From Pelagomonas calceolata (Eukaryota), in NCBI GenBank assembly GCA_918797485.1, contig CAKKNE010000003.1, positions 5,270,001 through 5,334,000 of the forward strand: a stretch of 64,000 bases of DNA, in the 5' to 3' direction. The position numbers and the translations under genes are program-made. The notes under the pieces were generated by a model. The model made no database searches and was not told where the DNA came from. It worked only from the letters and a program-made list of their open reading frames with translations. Positions 33,596-43,323 of this stretch are shown piece after piece; positions within the stretch are counted from its first letter, which is position 1, and each line of letters begins with the position of its first letter.

Positions 33596-36500
33596 TCAAA
33601 CAGAGTCCACCCCCCCACTGGCAAGTGGAGATGAGGGCGCTGGAGCTTCGGCGGCGCCGGCGGCGCGCGACCGCTTGGCGGCGGGCGCGGCGAAGACCCC
33701 TGCGCACTCGAGCATGAGCGCGTCCTCGAGCGCGTCGGGCGGCGGGAGCCGCGGCTCGAAGCGGGCCGGCCGCGCGGACCCCGCGGCGCCGTCGCTGGAC
33801 GCGCCGCCGGCGTCGGACGCCTCGCCCGACGCGTCGAGCGCCGCGTCGAGGCGCTCGGCCGCCTCGGCGGCGACGCGCGTCGACATTTCGAGGAGCGACG
33901 AGACGCGGAGCGGCTTGGCCTCGAAGGCGTCGGCGCCGCTGCGGAGCGCGCCGTCGCGCCGCTGCGGCTCGGCCGAGACGGCGCAGACGCGCTGCGGCCG
34001 GACGCCGGCGGGGGCATCGCGCTCCCACGCGCGGAGTTCCCGCGTGCTTCGCCAGCCGTCCATGACGGGCATCTCGAGGTCCATGATGACGAGGTCGTAG
34101 GGCGTGCGGCGCATGCACACGAGGGCCTCGCGGCCGTCCCGCGCGGCGTCGACGAGGAACCCCGCGTTCTCGAAGCTCCGCCTCAAGAGGCGCCGCGTCG
34201 TCTCGGAGTCGTCGACGACCAGCGTCCGCCGCGTGAGCCAGTCGCCGCGCTCCTGCATGCCGTAGTACCGCAGCTGGCGGAGGCGCACGAGGACGTCGCG
34301 GAGCGCGTCGAAGCGCGCCGCCGGGTCGGCGCACGCCGCGCGCGCGGCGAGGTCCGCGCGCAGCCGCGCGGCGAGCCGCGGGAACGCGTCGACGCGCGGC
34401 GTCGCCCCGTCGAGCGCGCGTCGCTCGCCGGCGCCCGGCGGCCGCGGCAGCGCCGCCGCCCGAGGCGGCGCGTCGACGCCCTCGTCGAAGTCGCGCGGCG
34501 GCGCGGCGCAGAAGAAGAAGCGGTAGAGCTCCTTGAGCTCGTCGAGGTCGAACGGCAGCCGCGCGACGTTGGCCAGGAGCTGGAGCTGGCGCCGCCGGCG
34601 CGCGTCGTCGCTCGGCTCGCCGGCGCCGCCGCGCGCGGCCGCCGCCGGCGCCGCGACGAGCGCGCCGAGGTTCGGCAGGAGCGCGGCGTTGCTCAGCTCG
34701 GCGACGCCGCCGCCGCCGACGCCGAGCGCGGCGAGGCCGCGGCCCAGCGCGACGCCGCCGAGCTCGGCGAGGCGGCCGTTCGCCGCGACGCCCGCGCAGA
34801 CGTGGCTCGCGCCGACGCCGCTCGCCGCGATCGTGCCGCGGAGGTCGACGCGCGCGAGCGCCGGCGCCTGCGCGAGCGCGCACGCGACGGCGCGCGCCGC
34901 CGCCGTGCCGACGGGCGAGCCGCGGATCGACAGCGACTCGAGCGTCGCGTGCGTCGCGACGGCGGCCATGAGGCCCTGCACGACGGCGCCGTCGAGCCCG
35001 GCGTCGTCGACCTGCAGCGACCGCAGCGCCGGCGCGGCGCCGCAGCGCATCGCGTGCGCGAAGTACCGCGCGGCGTGCGCGGCGCCGCCGCCGCCGAGCC
35101 GGAGCTCCAAAAGCCGCGGCGCCGCGCGGACCGCCACCGCCGGCGGCAGCGCGACGCGATGCAGCGCGAGCGGTTCCACCGGCGTCGCCGCGGCCGCGAC
35201 GGCCGGCGCTCGGTCGCCGGCGGCGCGCGCGTCGCCGTCGCCGACCCAGACCGCCGAGAGCTCGCGGCTGCCGACGCCGACGGCGCCGACGCGCGCCGCG
35301 CGCGCGGCCGCGGACGACGCCGCGTCGCGCGGCGCGGCGCGCGCGAGTCCGACGGCGTCGGCGACGCGGTGCGCCTCGTCCTCGTCCGACGCGTCGCCGC
35401 CGGCGCCGCCGCCGGCGACGGCGCAGTGGAGCGCCTCGACGGACGCGGCGGCGACGTCGGCGACGAGGCGCGCGACGCACGCGTCCGAGAGGCGGTTGCC
35501 GTTGAGGCGCAGCACGCGGAGCGTCCGGTTGCCGCGCGCCTCCGAGAGGACCGCGCCGAGCGCGCCCGCGCCGCTCGCGCCGACGCGGCACGCGTCGAGC
35601 GACAGGACCTCGAGGGCGCCGTTCGTCCGCAGGGCCGCCGCGAGCGCCACGGCGCCGCGCGACCCGACGCGGCCGTTCTCGGAGAGGTCGAGCTCGCGGA
35701 GGCCCGCCGGCGCCGGGGGCGCCGGCGGCTCGCCCGCCTCCGCCTTCCGCTTCCGCCGCGACGGCGAGCGGCGACGCGGCGCGAGCTGCGTCGCGAGCGT
35801 CGCCGCGAGCGCGGCGGCGCCGACGGCCCCCACGTCGTTCGCGCGGAGCGCCAAGACCTCGAGGCCGCGGCACGCGGTCGCGAGCGCCGCGCACCCGGCG
35901 TCGCCGACGGCGCACCGCGACAGGTCGAGCGCGCGGAGCCGCACGTCGTCCGGCGCCCGGGTCGGCGCGGCGCGGAGCGCGGCGGCGATCGCGCTCGCGC
36001 CCAGGTCGCCGACGCGCGGCGACCCGGCCAGCGACACGCGCACGCTCCGCCGCTCCGGCGGCGCCGGGCGTCCGGCGCGCCGCGCCTCGGCGCGCGCGAC
36101 GCGACGCGCGTCGCCGCGCGTCTGCGCCGCGAAGAGCCACGCGACGGCCGCGGCCTCGCCGGAGTGCACGCCCGCCAGGACGTACGCCGCGTCGTCCGCG
36201 TCGACCGCGGGGTCGTCGCTCCGGCGGAGCTCGAGGGGCGTCACCGGCGACCCGGCGACGGCCGACGCCTGGGCTCCGCGGACGGGCAGCTCGATGACCA
36301 CCGCGTCGTCGCCGCGGTTGATCCACGTCGCGACGCACCGCGCGGGCGACATGGCCACCGGCGGCGCCGCGGACCAGCGGTGGAAGTGCGGCATGCTCGT
36401 GGCCTCGCCGCGCCGCAGGTCGTCGATCGACCGCACGAGGAACCCCGGCCGCACGCACCCGACGCGGCTCAGGTAGCTCTCGCCCACGGCGACGGGCGCG

Positions 36501-36640
36501 GTCGCGGCGTCGCTGGCGCCCGGCGCCTCGTCGCGGCGCGGCCGGGCGAGCGCGAGCTCGACGAACGCCGCGACGCGCAGCTGGCCGTCGAGGCGGTAGA
36601 GGACGCCGCCGGCGCCCGAGGTGCCGGGCGTCGTCGCCAT
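33596..36640 (-). CDS. RNI-like leucine-rich-repeat protein with C-terminal response-regulator receiver domain
   Basis: LDLSRCAVGDAG, LDLSENGRVG, LRLNGNRL; receiver motifs LVVDDS, DLVIMDLEMPVMDG, AVSA and AKP. Confidence 0.85.
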   Translation of the reverse strand: MATTPGTSGAGGVLYRLDGQLRVAAFVELALARPRRDEAPGASDAATAPVAVGESYLSRVGCVRPGFLVRSIDDLRRGEATSMPHFHRWSAAPPVAMSPARCVATWINRGDDAVVIELPVRGAQASAVAGSPVTPLELRRSDDPAVDADDAAYVLAGVHSGEAAAVAWLFAAQTRGDARRVARAEARRAGRPAPPERRSVRVSLAGSPRVGDLGASAIAAALRAAPTRAPDDVRLRALDLSRCAVGDAGCAALATACRGLEVLALRANDVGAVGAAALAATLATQLAPRRRSPSRRKRKAEAGEPPAPPAPAGLRELDLSENGRVGSRGAVALAAALRTNGALEVLSLDACRVGASGAGALGAVLSEARGNRTLRVLRLNGNRLSDACVARLVADVAAASVEALHCAVAGGGAGGDASDEDEAHRVADAVGLARAAPRDAASSAAARAARVGAVGVGSRELSAVWVGDGDARAAGDRAPAVAAAATPVEPLALHRVALPPAVAVRAAPRLLELRLGGGGAAHAARYFAHAMRCGAAPALRSLQVDDAGLDGAVVQGLMAAVATHATLESLSIRGSPVGTAAARAVACALAQAPALARVDLRGTIAASGVGASHVCAGVAANGRLAELGGVALGRGLAALGVGGGGVAELSNAALLPNLGALVAAPAAAARGGAGEPSDDARRRRQLQLLANVARLPFDLDELKELYRFFFCAAPPRDFDEGVDAPPRAAALPRPPGAGERRALDGATPRVDAFPRLAARLRADLAARAACADPAARFDALRDVLVRLRQLRYYGMQERGDWLTRRTLVVDDSETTRRLLRRSFENAGFLVDAARDGREALVCMRRTPYDLVIMDLEMPVMDGWRSTRELRAWERDAPAGVRPQRVCAVSAEPQRRDGALRSGADAFEAKPLRVSSLLEMSTRVAAEAAERLDAALDASGEASDAGGASSDGAAGSARPARFEPRLPPPDALEDALMLECAGVFAAPAAKRSRAAGAAEAPAPSSPLASGGVDSV

Positions 36641-36763
36641 ATAGCAAGCTTGGTGCCGCCAAGTTGGAGCAGGCTCGATCCTAGCCAGGCGCGACGAGCC
36701 CCTAAAACCAGGGTCTCGCGCGCAGCTAACAAGAGTCCCTCCCTATCCTGGTTTGCAATGTAC

Positions 36764-37103
36764 ATTCACTAGGCCTACTCTGTCCGGGTATTTAACCAAG
36801 ATAAGTGAGACTAGGGTAGTGAAGCTAAGATAAAATTTTGGGAGATTTATAAGTGGAAAAGAGGCCGTTGCCACAACGGGCGCCAACCCCAGGGACCCCG
36901 GACCACGCGCCCCCGCGCCAAAACAACCAAGGGAGGGTGGGAGGGCCAAAATTCTTGCTCCTTTGTCCTGCGCTCTCACAATCGGAGCGCTGTTGGACAC
37001 GAGCAAGTATAAGAAAGTATCTTGCAGCGAGCCACTAGATGTGACGATATTGCTGCCAAGATACCAAAACATAGCTGACAGACCTGAGTCAGCCTTACAT
37101 AGG
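36764..37103. repeat. Composite of inverted copies of repeats A and B
   Basis: Matches 30481-30637 and 32621-32775. Confidence 0.85.
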
Positions 37104-37499
37104 TTCGGGACAGCCCTTGGGTCTCTTATTAAAGCTCCTTCTGTAAACAGAGGGCTGTTGACCCCACTCATCACGGGCGCCGCGGGATTACAACGATCCA
37201 CTGATTGGATTCAAAGGTTGTATTTGTCAAATCATGAAAATTTTTCAAAAATGATATTGTTCCCGATTGACCTTTTAAAAAAATTATTTTATGGTGCCGG
37301 TAAATTTCGGGGAAATACTGTCGTACGGGGCTGACTTTGGCCCCGGCCTGAGGCACGTCGCCCGGGGCCGGGGGCTGCCCGAGGCGGGGAGACCCGGTGA
37401 GTGCGGTAATGGGCATTCGCGGGGGTCGGCCCAGGGAGGTTGCCTCCCACGCGCTCAGCACGCTATACCAGCCGGCATGTGCCCGGAGCCGATAATTCC

Positions 37500-37966
37500 C
37501 AGGGACGGGGCGTAGTACGCAGCACTGCGCAGTACTCCCGGACCGGGAGTACTGCGCAGTGCTGCGTAGTACCTGCGCAGTACTGCGGTTTTTATTTTAA
37601 TTAATTTTTATTGTTTAGGGGGGGTCCCGGACGGCGGGCCGGGGCAGCCCGGGGGCTACTATACGCGGTCCTGGGCTGCCCATCACATCCCGGGACCATC
37701 TCTAGGCCATGTCTAGGTCAATGGGCCAGTAAATGGAGCCTCGAATACAGTAACGGGCGTGGTATCGCCGAAAGTACCGAAATTTTGCCCCCATGGATAT
37801 TTCACAGGAACTCTGGGGATGGATGCAGCTCGGAGAGATACGTCGATTTCCGGTCTCAGACTCCACCGACTACGAACTGCCCTCAGACCCCTGCGTGGTA
37901 TCATAGTACCCTAAGCTGTCCGTAGTACCCGCGCGGTACTACGCGCGGTACTACGCCCCGTCCCTG
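37500..37966. mobile_element. Non-autonomous hAT-type MITE (467 bp)
   Basis: Perfect 19-bp TIR CAGGGACGGGGCGTAGTAC; perfect 8-bp TSD ATAATTCC (37492-37499 and 37967-37974). Confidence 0.93.
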
Positions 37967-38289
37967 ATAATTCCCTATATCCCGCACTATCTTCTTGCTT
38001 ATCCAAGTGGATCAAGCCCGGCGCTAAGTACTAAGTAGCTGCCGTAAAGACACCGGGGTGAACCTAAAGTAAGTTCACTTTAAAAGCGGCGAACGAGAAG
38101 ATCGGACGCGTCCAACGACAAGATGTTGTTGCGAAATTTCAACGCTGCGGCGTCTATACGAGTAATAAATTAAGGAAGACCTATGTGACGCCCCGTCCGC
38201 TTATACTTGTATCATCCCACCGCTTACTCGAAGGTATATAATTAAGCTGGGGACGAGTCACGGTCCGGCCGCCTGCGAGCGTTATTCCA

Positions 38290-39082
38290 TCACCAGCCGC
38301 CATCGCCGTCGCCGCCGGCCTTGGGCGCGACGAAGGACGCCGACGTCCAGTCGGTCTCGAGCTTGTAGGGGTCCGAGACGAGCGTGCCGGTAGCCGTTGC
38401 CTTGGAGAGGACGACCGTGTCGAGCGCGCGGCAGTCGCGGTAGAAGAGCACGCGGAGGCAGTCCTCGAGGAGCGCGCGCGCCTCGCCCTCGTCGAGGTCC
38501 GGCGTCCACTTGGCGCGCATGATGGGGAGCGCGAGGTGGCTACCGTAGCCCGTCGCGATGACGTCGTCCTCGTACGCCGTGCCACGGAGGTCGACCGAGC
38601 CCAGGAACGGCGCGCCGTCCTTGAACCCGCCGACGACGAGCGAGTTCCAGAGCGGGTCGAACTTGTTCCGGCGCTGGTAGAGCACCGCGCGGAGGTACGA
38701 GTAGATCTCGGCGGGGCCGTGCTCGAAGCCGTCGTCGCAGTTCGCGTTCGCCTGCGCGAGCCCCTTCAGCTTGTCCAGGAGCGCGTGGTAGTCCGAGAGC
38801 TCGCCCGACGCGCCGACCAGCGTGTACGAGCCCGTGCGCGCGATGCGCGTCACGTCTTTGAACATGGCGAGCGACCCGTACGACGCGAGCGTGTCGGCCG
38901 CGAGCATCACGCCGTCCTTGTACTGCGCGCGTGATGAGTGAGGACCGGGCTCGGGCGGTGGGCGCGGGGCGGGTTGGGGGACGTACCTTTATGCCGAGGA
39001 CCGACGTGCCGGTGACGATCGGCCGGCTCGTGTGCTGGCGCGCGGGCGCCTCGGCCGCCGTTGCGCCAGGGTACAACAACAT
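38290..39082 (-). CDS. PSMB4: 20S proteasome subunit beta 7 (beta type-4 / Pre4)
   Basis: PIVTGTSVLGIK|YKDGVMLAADTLASYGSLA, RRNKFDPLWN, ATGYGSHLALP and RVLFYRDCR; GT-AG intron 38923-38986. Confidence 0.96.
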
Positions 39083-41144
39083 GATGCAGAGGACGCGCAG
39101 CGCCCGGAGAGGATTTATTTTGCCGTCTACGATTTCAGCCGCCTCCAAGCGCCGCGAGCCCGCGAGACAGGCCCTTGCTAGTGTCTTACCGGCCGCTAGC
39201 GCGAGGTTTTTGTCGGGCGGATCGTGATGCCTTGGATCGTGACATATAGACAAAGGAGGCGGGGTGGGGGGGAGGGTAATCCTTCATGATTCGCCGGCTG
39301 GGGGAGGGGTCGATGGCGGGGTCCGGCGTGGATTCCGCGAGAAACTCCTAGACGCGGCATGCACTTTTATGAGTATCGTTCGGTTCGCTACTGGTCCAAA
39401 GAGATCAATGGGGCACGTACTGGGGGGCGAAAAAAATAATATTTTTAATTCGCGATACTGACGAGCCAGTGACGATGCCACCATGGCGGGCGCGTCGGTG
39501 GAATCCTGTCAATTCGTGGCCCTGAAGTCTCCCTGGGGTCGCTTAGGGTCGGTACTATACACGTGCAAGCGCCTACGCCGCATACGCGGGCGCTTCAATC
39601 GGTGGATACATATCAGTACAGGTCCCCAGCAATGCGCGGCCCACCAGTCGCTCCCCCCCCGTCGTGCGAGCTCGTCGCCCCCCGCGGTGCAGAAACTCGT
39701 GAAAGGAGGTCGGAGCCGGGCTTGCCCTCGCAAGTCAGGAACTGGTCTCGAGGAGTACCCGCCCCGGGCTAGGTCCCTGCGGTTGCGTAGGTCAATAGGT
39801 AGGTAGTACAAGTCTCTCAAGTTTTGGATCCAGAGCTCTCTGGGGAGCTCCAAGCGCCGGCGCATGCGGTGCAGGCGACTACCCGACCTCAGACCTATCC
39901 CGGAGGGAGTTCACGAGCCGATCTACATCCGAAAAAAGTAAGTAATTTGGGCCCGATGGCACCCCGTTCCAGTAAAAAACGCCAATTACCCGAGGGCCCC
40001 CAGAAGTCGCCGTAGCGGTCTCGTCGGACCCCATACTACCCCACCGATAGTCAACTACAAGTATTTGACATCTGCACCGCGAGAAGGCTACTTTGGGCTG
40101 CCCACGCTCGGGACGTGAACATCTGCATCTGGAGCTCGCGCAAGTCGGTCGATCATGAAACAAATGATCGCGTCATGGTCCATAGGAATCGTACACGGGC
40201 TGATGGTCGCAGGTTCAAGTAATTCGCCCATTAAAGCCAGATCGTGGGCTCGCGAGACCGACGACCCGCGCCGAGCATCTTTGGGTCTCGGAGCAATGTA
40301 GTACACAATCAAGCCGGTTAGCTGGCCCGTCCTAGAACTAAATCGCCTGAAACGCAAATTTATTTCACAACTCACCGGTCTGGGGCCTTTCTGGTGCCCC
40401 GTCTACGCACCGTCGTCCGCGGAGAACGGGCAAGTCGGTCGATTGTGAATAGAACAACGGCGTTATGGTCCATCTGGATGGTGGCGTCGCTGATACTCGC
40501 AGGTCTAGGCCTGGAGCCCGCCTTCATATAAACGCGAGGTCCCGAAGTCGACGAATCGCGGGACTCCAATGGAGCATCTTACATAGCTCAGTGATCGCTG
40601 ATTCGACCTAAATGGAATCTACCATTAACAAACGGAAGGAAACGAACATAAACTCGGGAGTTGTCTAGTAGAATTCTTTTCCCGCCCTCCGAGCGCGGGC
40701 CGTCGGCTCCGGTTCCGTCGATTGTGAATGAAAACTGGGCTGGAGTTGATATAATGTACCATTTGGACGGTAGAAGGCATCCTCAATCGCTGGTGTATTT
40801 TGGCAACCCGTAAGACTCATCCGCGAATGTCGCAACGGGGCAGCGTCTTTCGGGAGCCGCGAGGGTATCTTCTCTGAAATCTTTGGTCGCGGCGAACGAC
40901 TATGATGAATTCTGAATTTGGGAGCCCATGTATTCTAACCCCGGGTCGTTTCTATGTAAGTGAGCCGCGCGCGCGTCTGTGGTATATTACTAATAACTAC
41001 TTTCCGAAAATCGAAATTTATTCCTCCCTAGTAGGAAAAGTTACCGGTCTCTCCCGGCTACTTCGTCTTGGATTGCCACCCTGATAGATTACTCAGGCTT
41101 GCCAAGTTGCGATTTATAAGGTCACAAACGGCAGCGGCCCACGG

Positions 41145-42476
41145 TCACTCGCCGCCGCCCCCCGTCAGACGCCGGACCACGGCGAGCGCGTCGAGGACGG
41201 CCGCGCGGAGCTCCGGCAGGCCGCGCCCCTGGCGCACCGAGACGAGGAGCGCCCCGTCGGGCGGGGGCGGCGGCGCGTCGGCGGCGTCGTAGAGGTCGGC
41301 CTTGGACACGACGTCGATCCAGGGCCGCCGCGGGAAGCGCGCGCGGAGCGCGTCGCGGACCGCGAGCTGGGCGTCGGGCGACGACGTCCGCTCGCCGGCG
41401 TGGCCCGAGAGGTCGCACACGAAGACGACCGCGCTGGGAAGGTGGTCCATCGTCGCCATCGTCAGGTCCTCCATGGCGTTCCGGGCCGCGGCGTCGCGGT
41501 CCAGGAGGCCCGGCGTGTCCATGACCTGTCCCGCGAGCGCGCCGCCGTCGTAGACGTGCCCGAGCGACACGCCGCGCGTCGTGAACGCGTAGTTGCCGAC
41601 CTCGGGCTCGCCGGTCGACAGCGCGCGGACGAGCGTCGACTTGCCGACGTTCGGCGCGCCCACGAGGACGAGCGTCGGGGCGCGCAGCGACACGGTGGGG
41701 ATGCGTCGGAGGGCGCGCTGGTGGCCGCGGAGCTCCTCGAGCGCGCGCCGGCCCCGGCCGGCGAGCTCGCGCTCGATCGCGGCCAGGACCGCGTCGGGCG
41801 CGGTCGCGGCGTCGCGGGCCGTCGGCGCGGCCTTGGCCGCGGCGGCGCCGTCCCGCGCCGCCGCCTGCGTGAAACTCAGCACGTGAGTTAGGTTCTTCCA
41901 CGCCATCGAGCAGACGCAATCACAGGGACAACGGCGCGTCGATGGCGGGGCGCCGTGAAATTTGATTACCACACAGGCCGCCGCGAGGACGGCGAGGCGG
42001 ACGGCGGCGATGTCCGCGAGCACGTCGGCCGGCGCGCGCGCGCCGGTGCGCGTCCGCTGCGCCGCCGTCAGCGTCGCCGTCGCGTGCTCGAACGGGTGCA
42101 GCGACCGCCGCAGCGCCTCGGGCGCGTGCGCGTCGAGGACCTGGCGAAGCGGCACCGAAACCGCCTGGCCCATCGCGTCCGCGCGCGCGGCGGCCTGCTT
42201 CGCGGCGCGGCGCCGCGCGTTCGGCTCGGCGGCGTCGCGCGGCACCTTGGCCGCGCGGCTCGCCGCGCGCCGCAGCAGCTCGTCGGCCTTGGGCGCGTGG
42301 GGCAGCTGCCGCAGCTTGCCCGTGGCGCGGGGCGCGCGCGCCCGCGGCCGCGCAGGCGGCTCGGCCGCCACCACGGCGCCGCGGCGCAGCGCCGGCCGGC
42401 TGCCGTGTCGCGTCAGCTGTTGCAGCGCTCGCGCGGTGCGCAGCACAGACAGGGTGAGGCCGAGGCGCATGATCAT
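41145..42476 (-). CDS. NOG1-like (OBG-superfamily) GTPase, probably organelle-targeted
   Basis: LVGAPNVGKS, NYAFTTRG, DTPGLLDR..RNAME, SKAD, LHPFE; N-terminal signal-like sequence; in-frame 120-nt intron 41865-41984. Confidence 0.88.
   Translation of the reverse strand: MIMRLGLTLSVLRTARALQQLTRHGSRPALRRGAVVAAEPPARPRARAPRATGKLRQLPHAPKADELLRRAASRAAKVPRDAAEPNARRRAAKQAAARADAMGQAVSVPLRQVLDAHAPEALRRSLHPFEHATATLTAAQRTRTGARAPADVLADIAAVRLAVLAAACVVIKFHGAPPSTRRCPCDCVCSMAWKNLTHVLSFTQAAARDGAAAAKAAPTARDAATAPDAVLAAIERELAGRGRRALEELRGHQRALRRIPTVSLRAPTLVLVGAPNVGKSTLVRALSTGEPEVGNYAFTTRGVSLGHVYDGGALAGQVMDTPGLLDRDAAARNAMEDLTMATMDHLPSAVVFVCDLSGHAGERTSSPDAQLAVRDALRARFPRRPWIDVVSKADLYDAADAPPPPPDGALLVSVRQGRGLPELRAAVLDALAVVRRLTGGGGE
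41865..41976 (-). mobile_element. Introner element (112 bp) in the NOG1-like gene
   Basis: Perfect 8-bp TSD GCCGCCGC (41857-41864 and 41977-41984); termini CTGCGTG ... CACACAG. Confidence 0.9.
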
Positions 42477-43323
42477 CCTTGGATCGATGCTGGCTAGATT
42501 ACTGCGATCGAGCTCAATGCAAGGCGGAAAGGCGTGCCAACTGCGCCACACTTCTATCTAGCGCGCAGATATGGCGCGGACGGGCACCTGTTTCACTCAG
42601 CAGAGCCGAGCAGTTAGCGGCCGTAAGACACTAGCAATCCATTGCCAAGGCGCACTTGGCGCGCGGAGGGTGCCTCGTGAGAGGGTGAGAGGGCTAAGTG
42701 CACTCAGACTCGTGGAAAGGTCGGGCACCGAGATTACCGTCGTGAAACGTCGACCGCGGCAGCGAGCTCTTCGGAACGTCCCACGCCAGCCGGAGCAGTA
42801 CCCGTACGATGCCCCCACCTGGGAGGCTTCCGACTCCGAGGGTCATGTGTATATAGTAAAACTCACTTCTTAAGCCTGAGACGACAGACAACAGTCTTTT
42901 TTCAGACGAGTCAAAGGGGAGGAGAATAGATATGTACCGGGAGGCGCCGGCTCAGGACCAGTCCTCGTCGTCGCCCACGGAGACTGCCTTGCTATGACCA
43001 TCCAGCCTTGCCAAGAGTGATAGGTGGCTCGTAATAAATAAATAAATTAAGGAAGATATAAAATACCAAAACCCATATTAGCCCCATTACCCTTCAAATT
43101 AACCCACTAGAGAGGTCGGTCGGTCCAGCAGGTGGTCCGCTACGCCAATGGGGACGTCGCCTTGCCCCTGCACCGTAGGTACCGTAGGTACCTACGGTAC
43201 CTACGGTACCTAGGTATGGTACCGTACAACTTGCATCAAACTAGCAGGCCCGAGATGGCAATGAGAAGCTGCCCCATGTAGTAGTCAGAAACCATCAAGG
43301 CTCCGACGTCAGAGCCTTCATCC

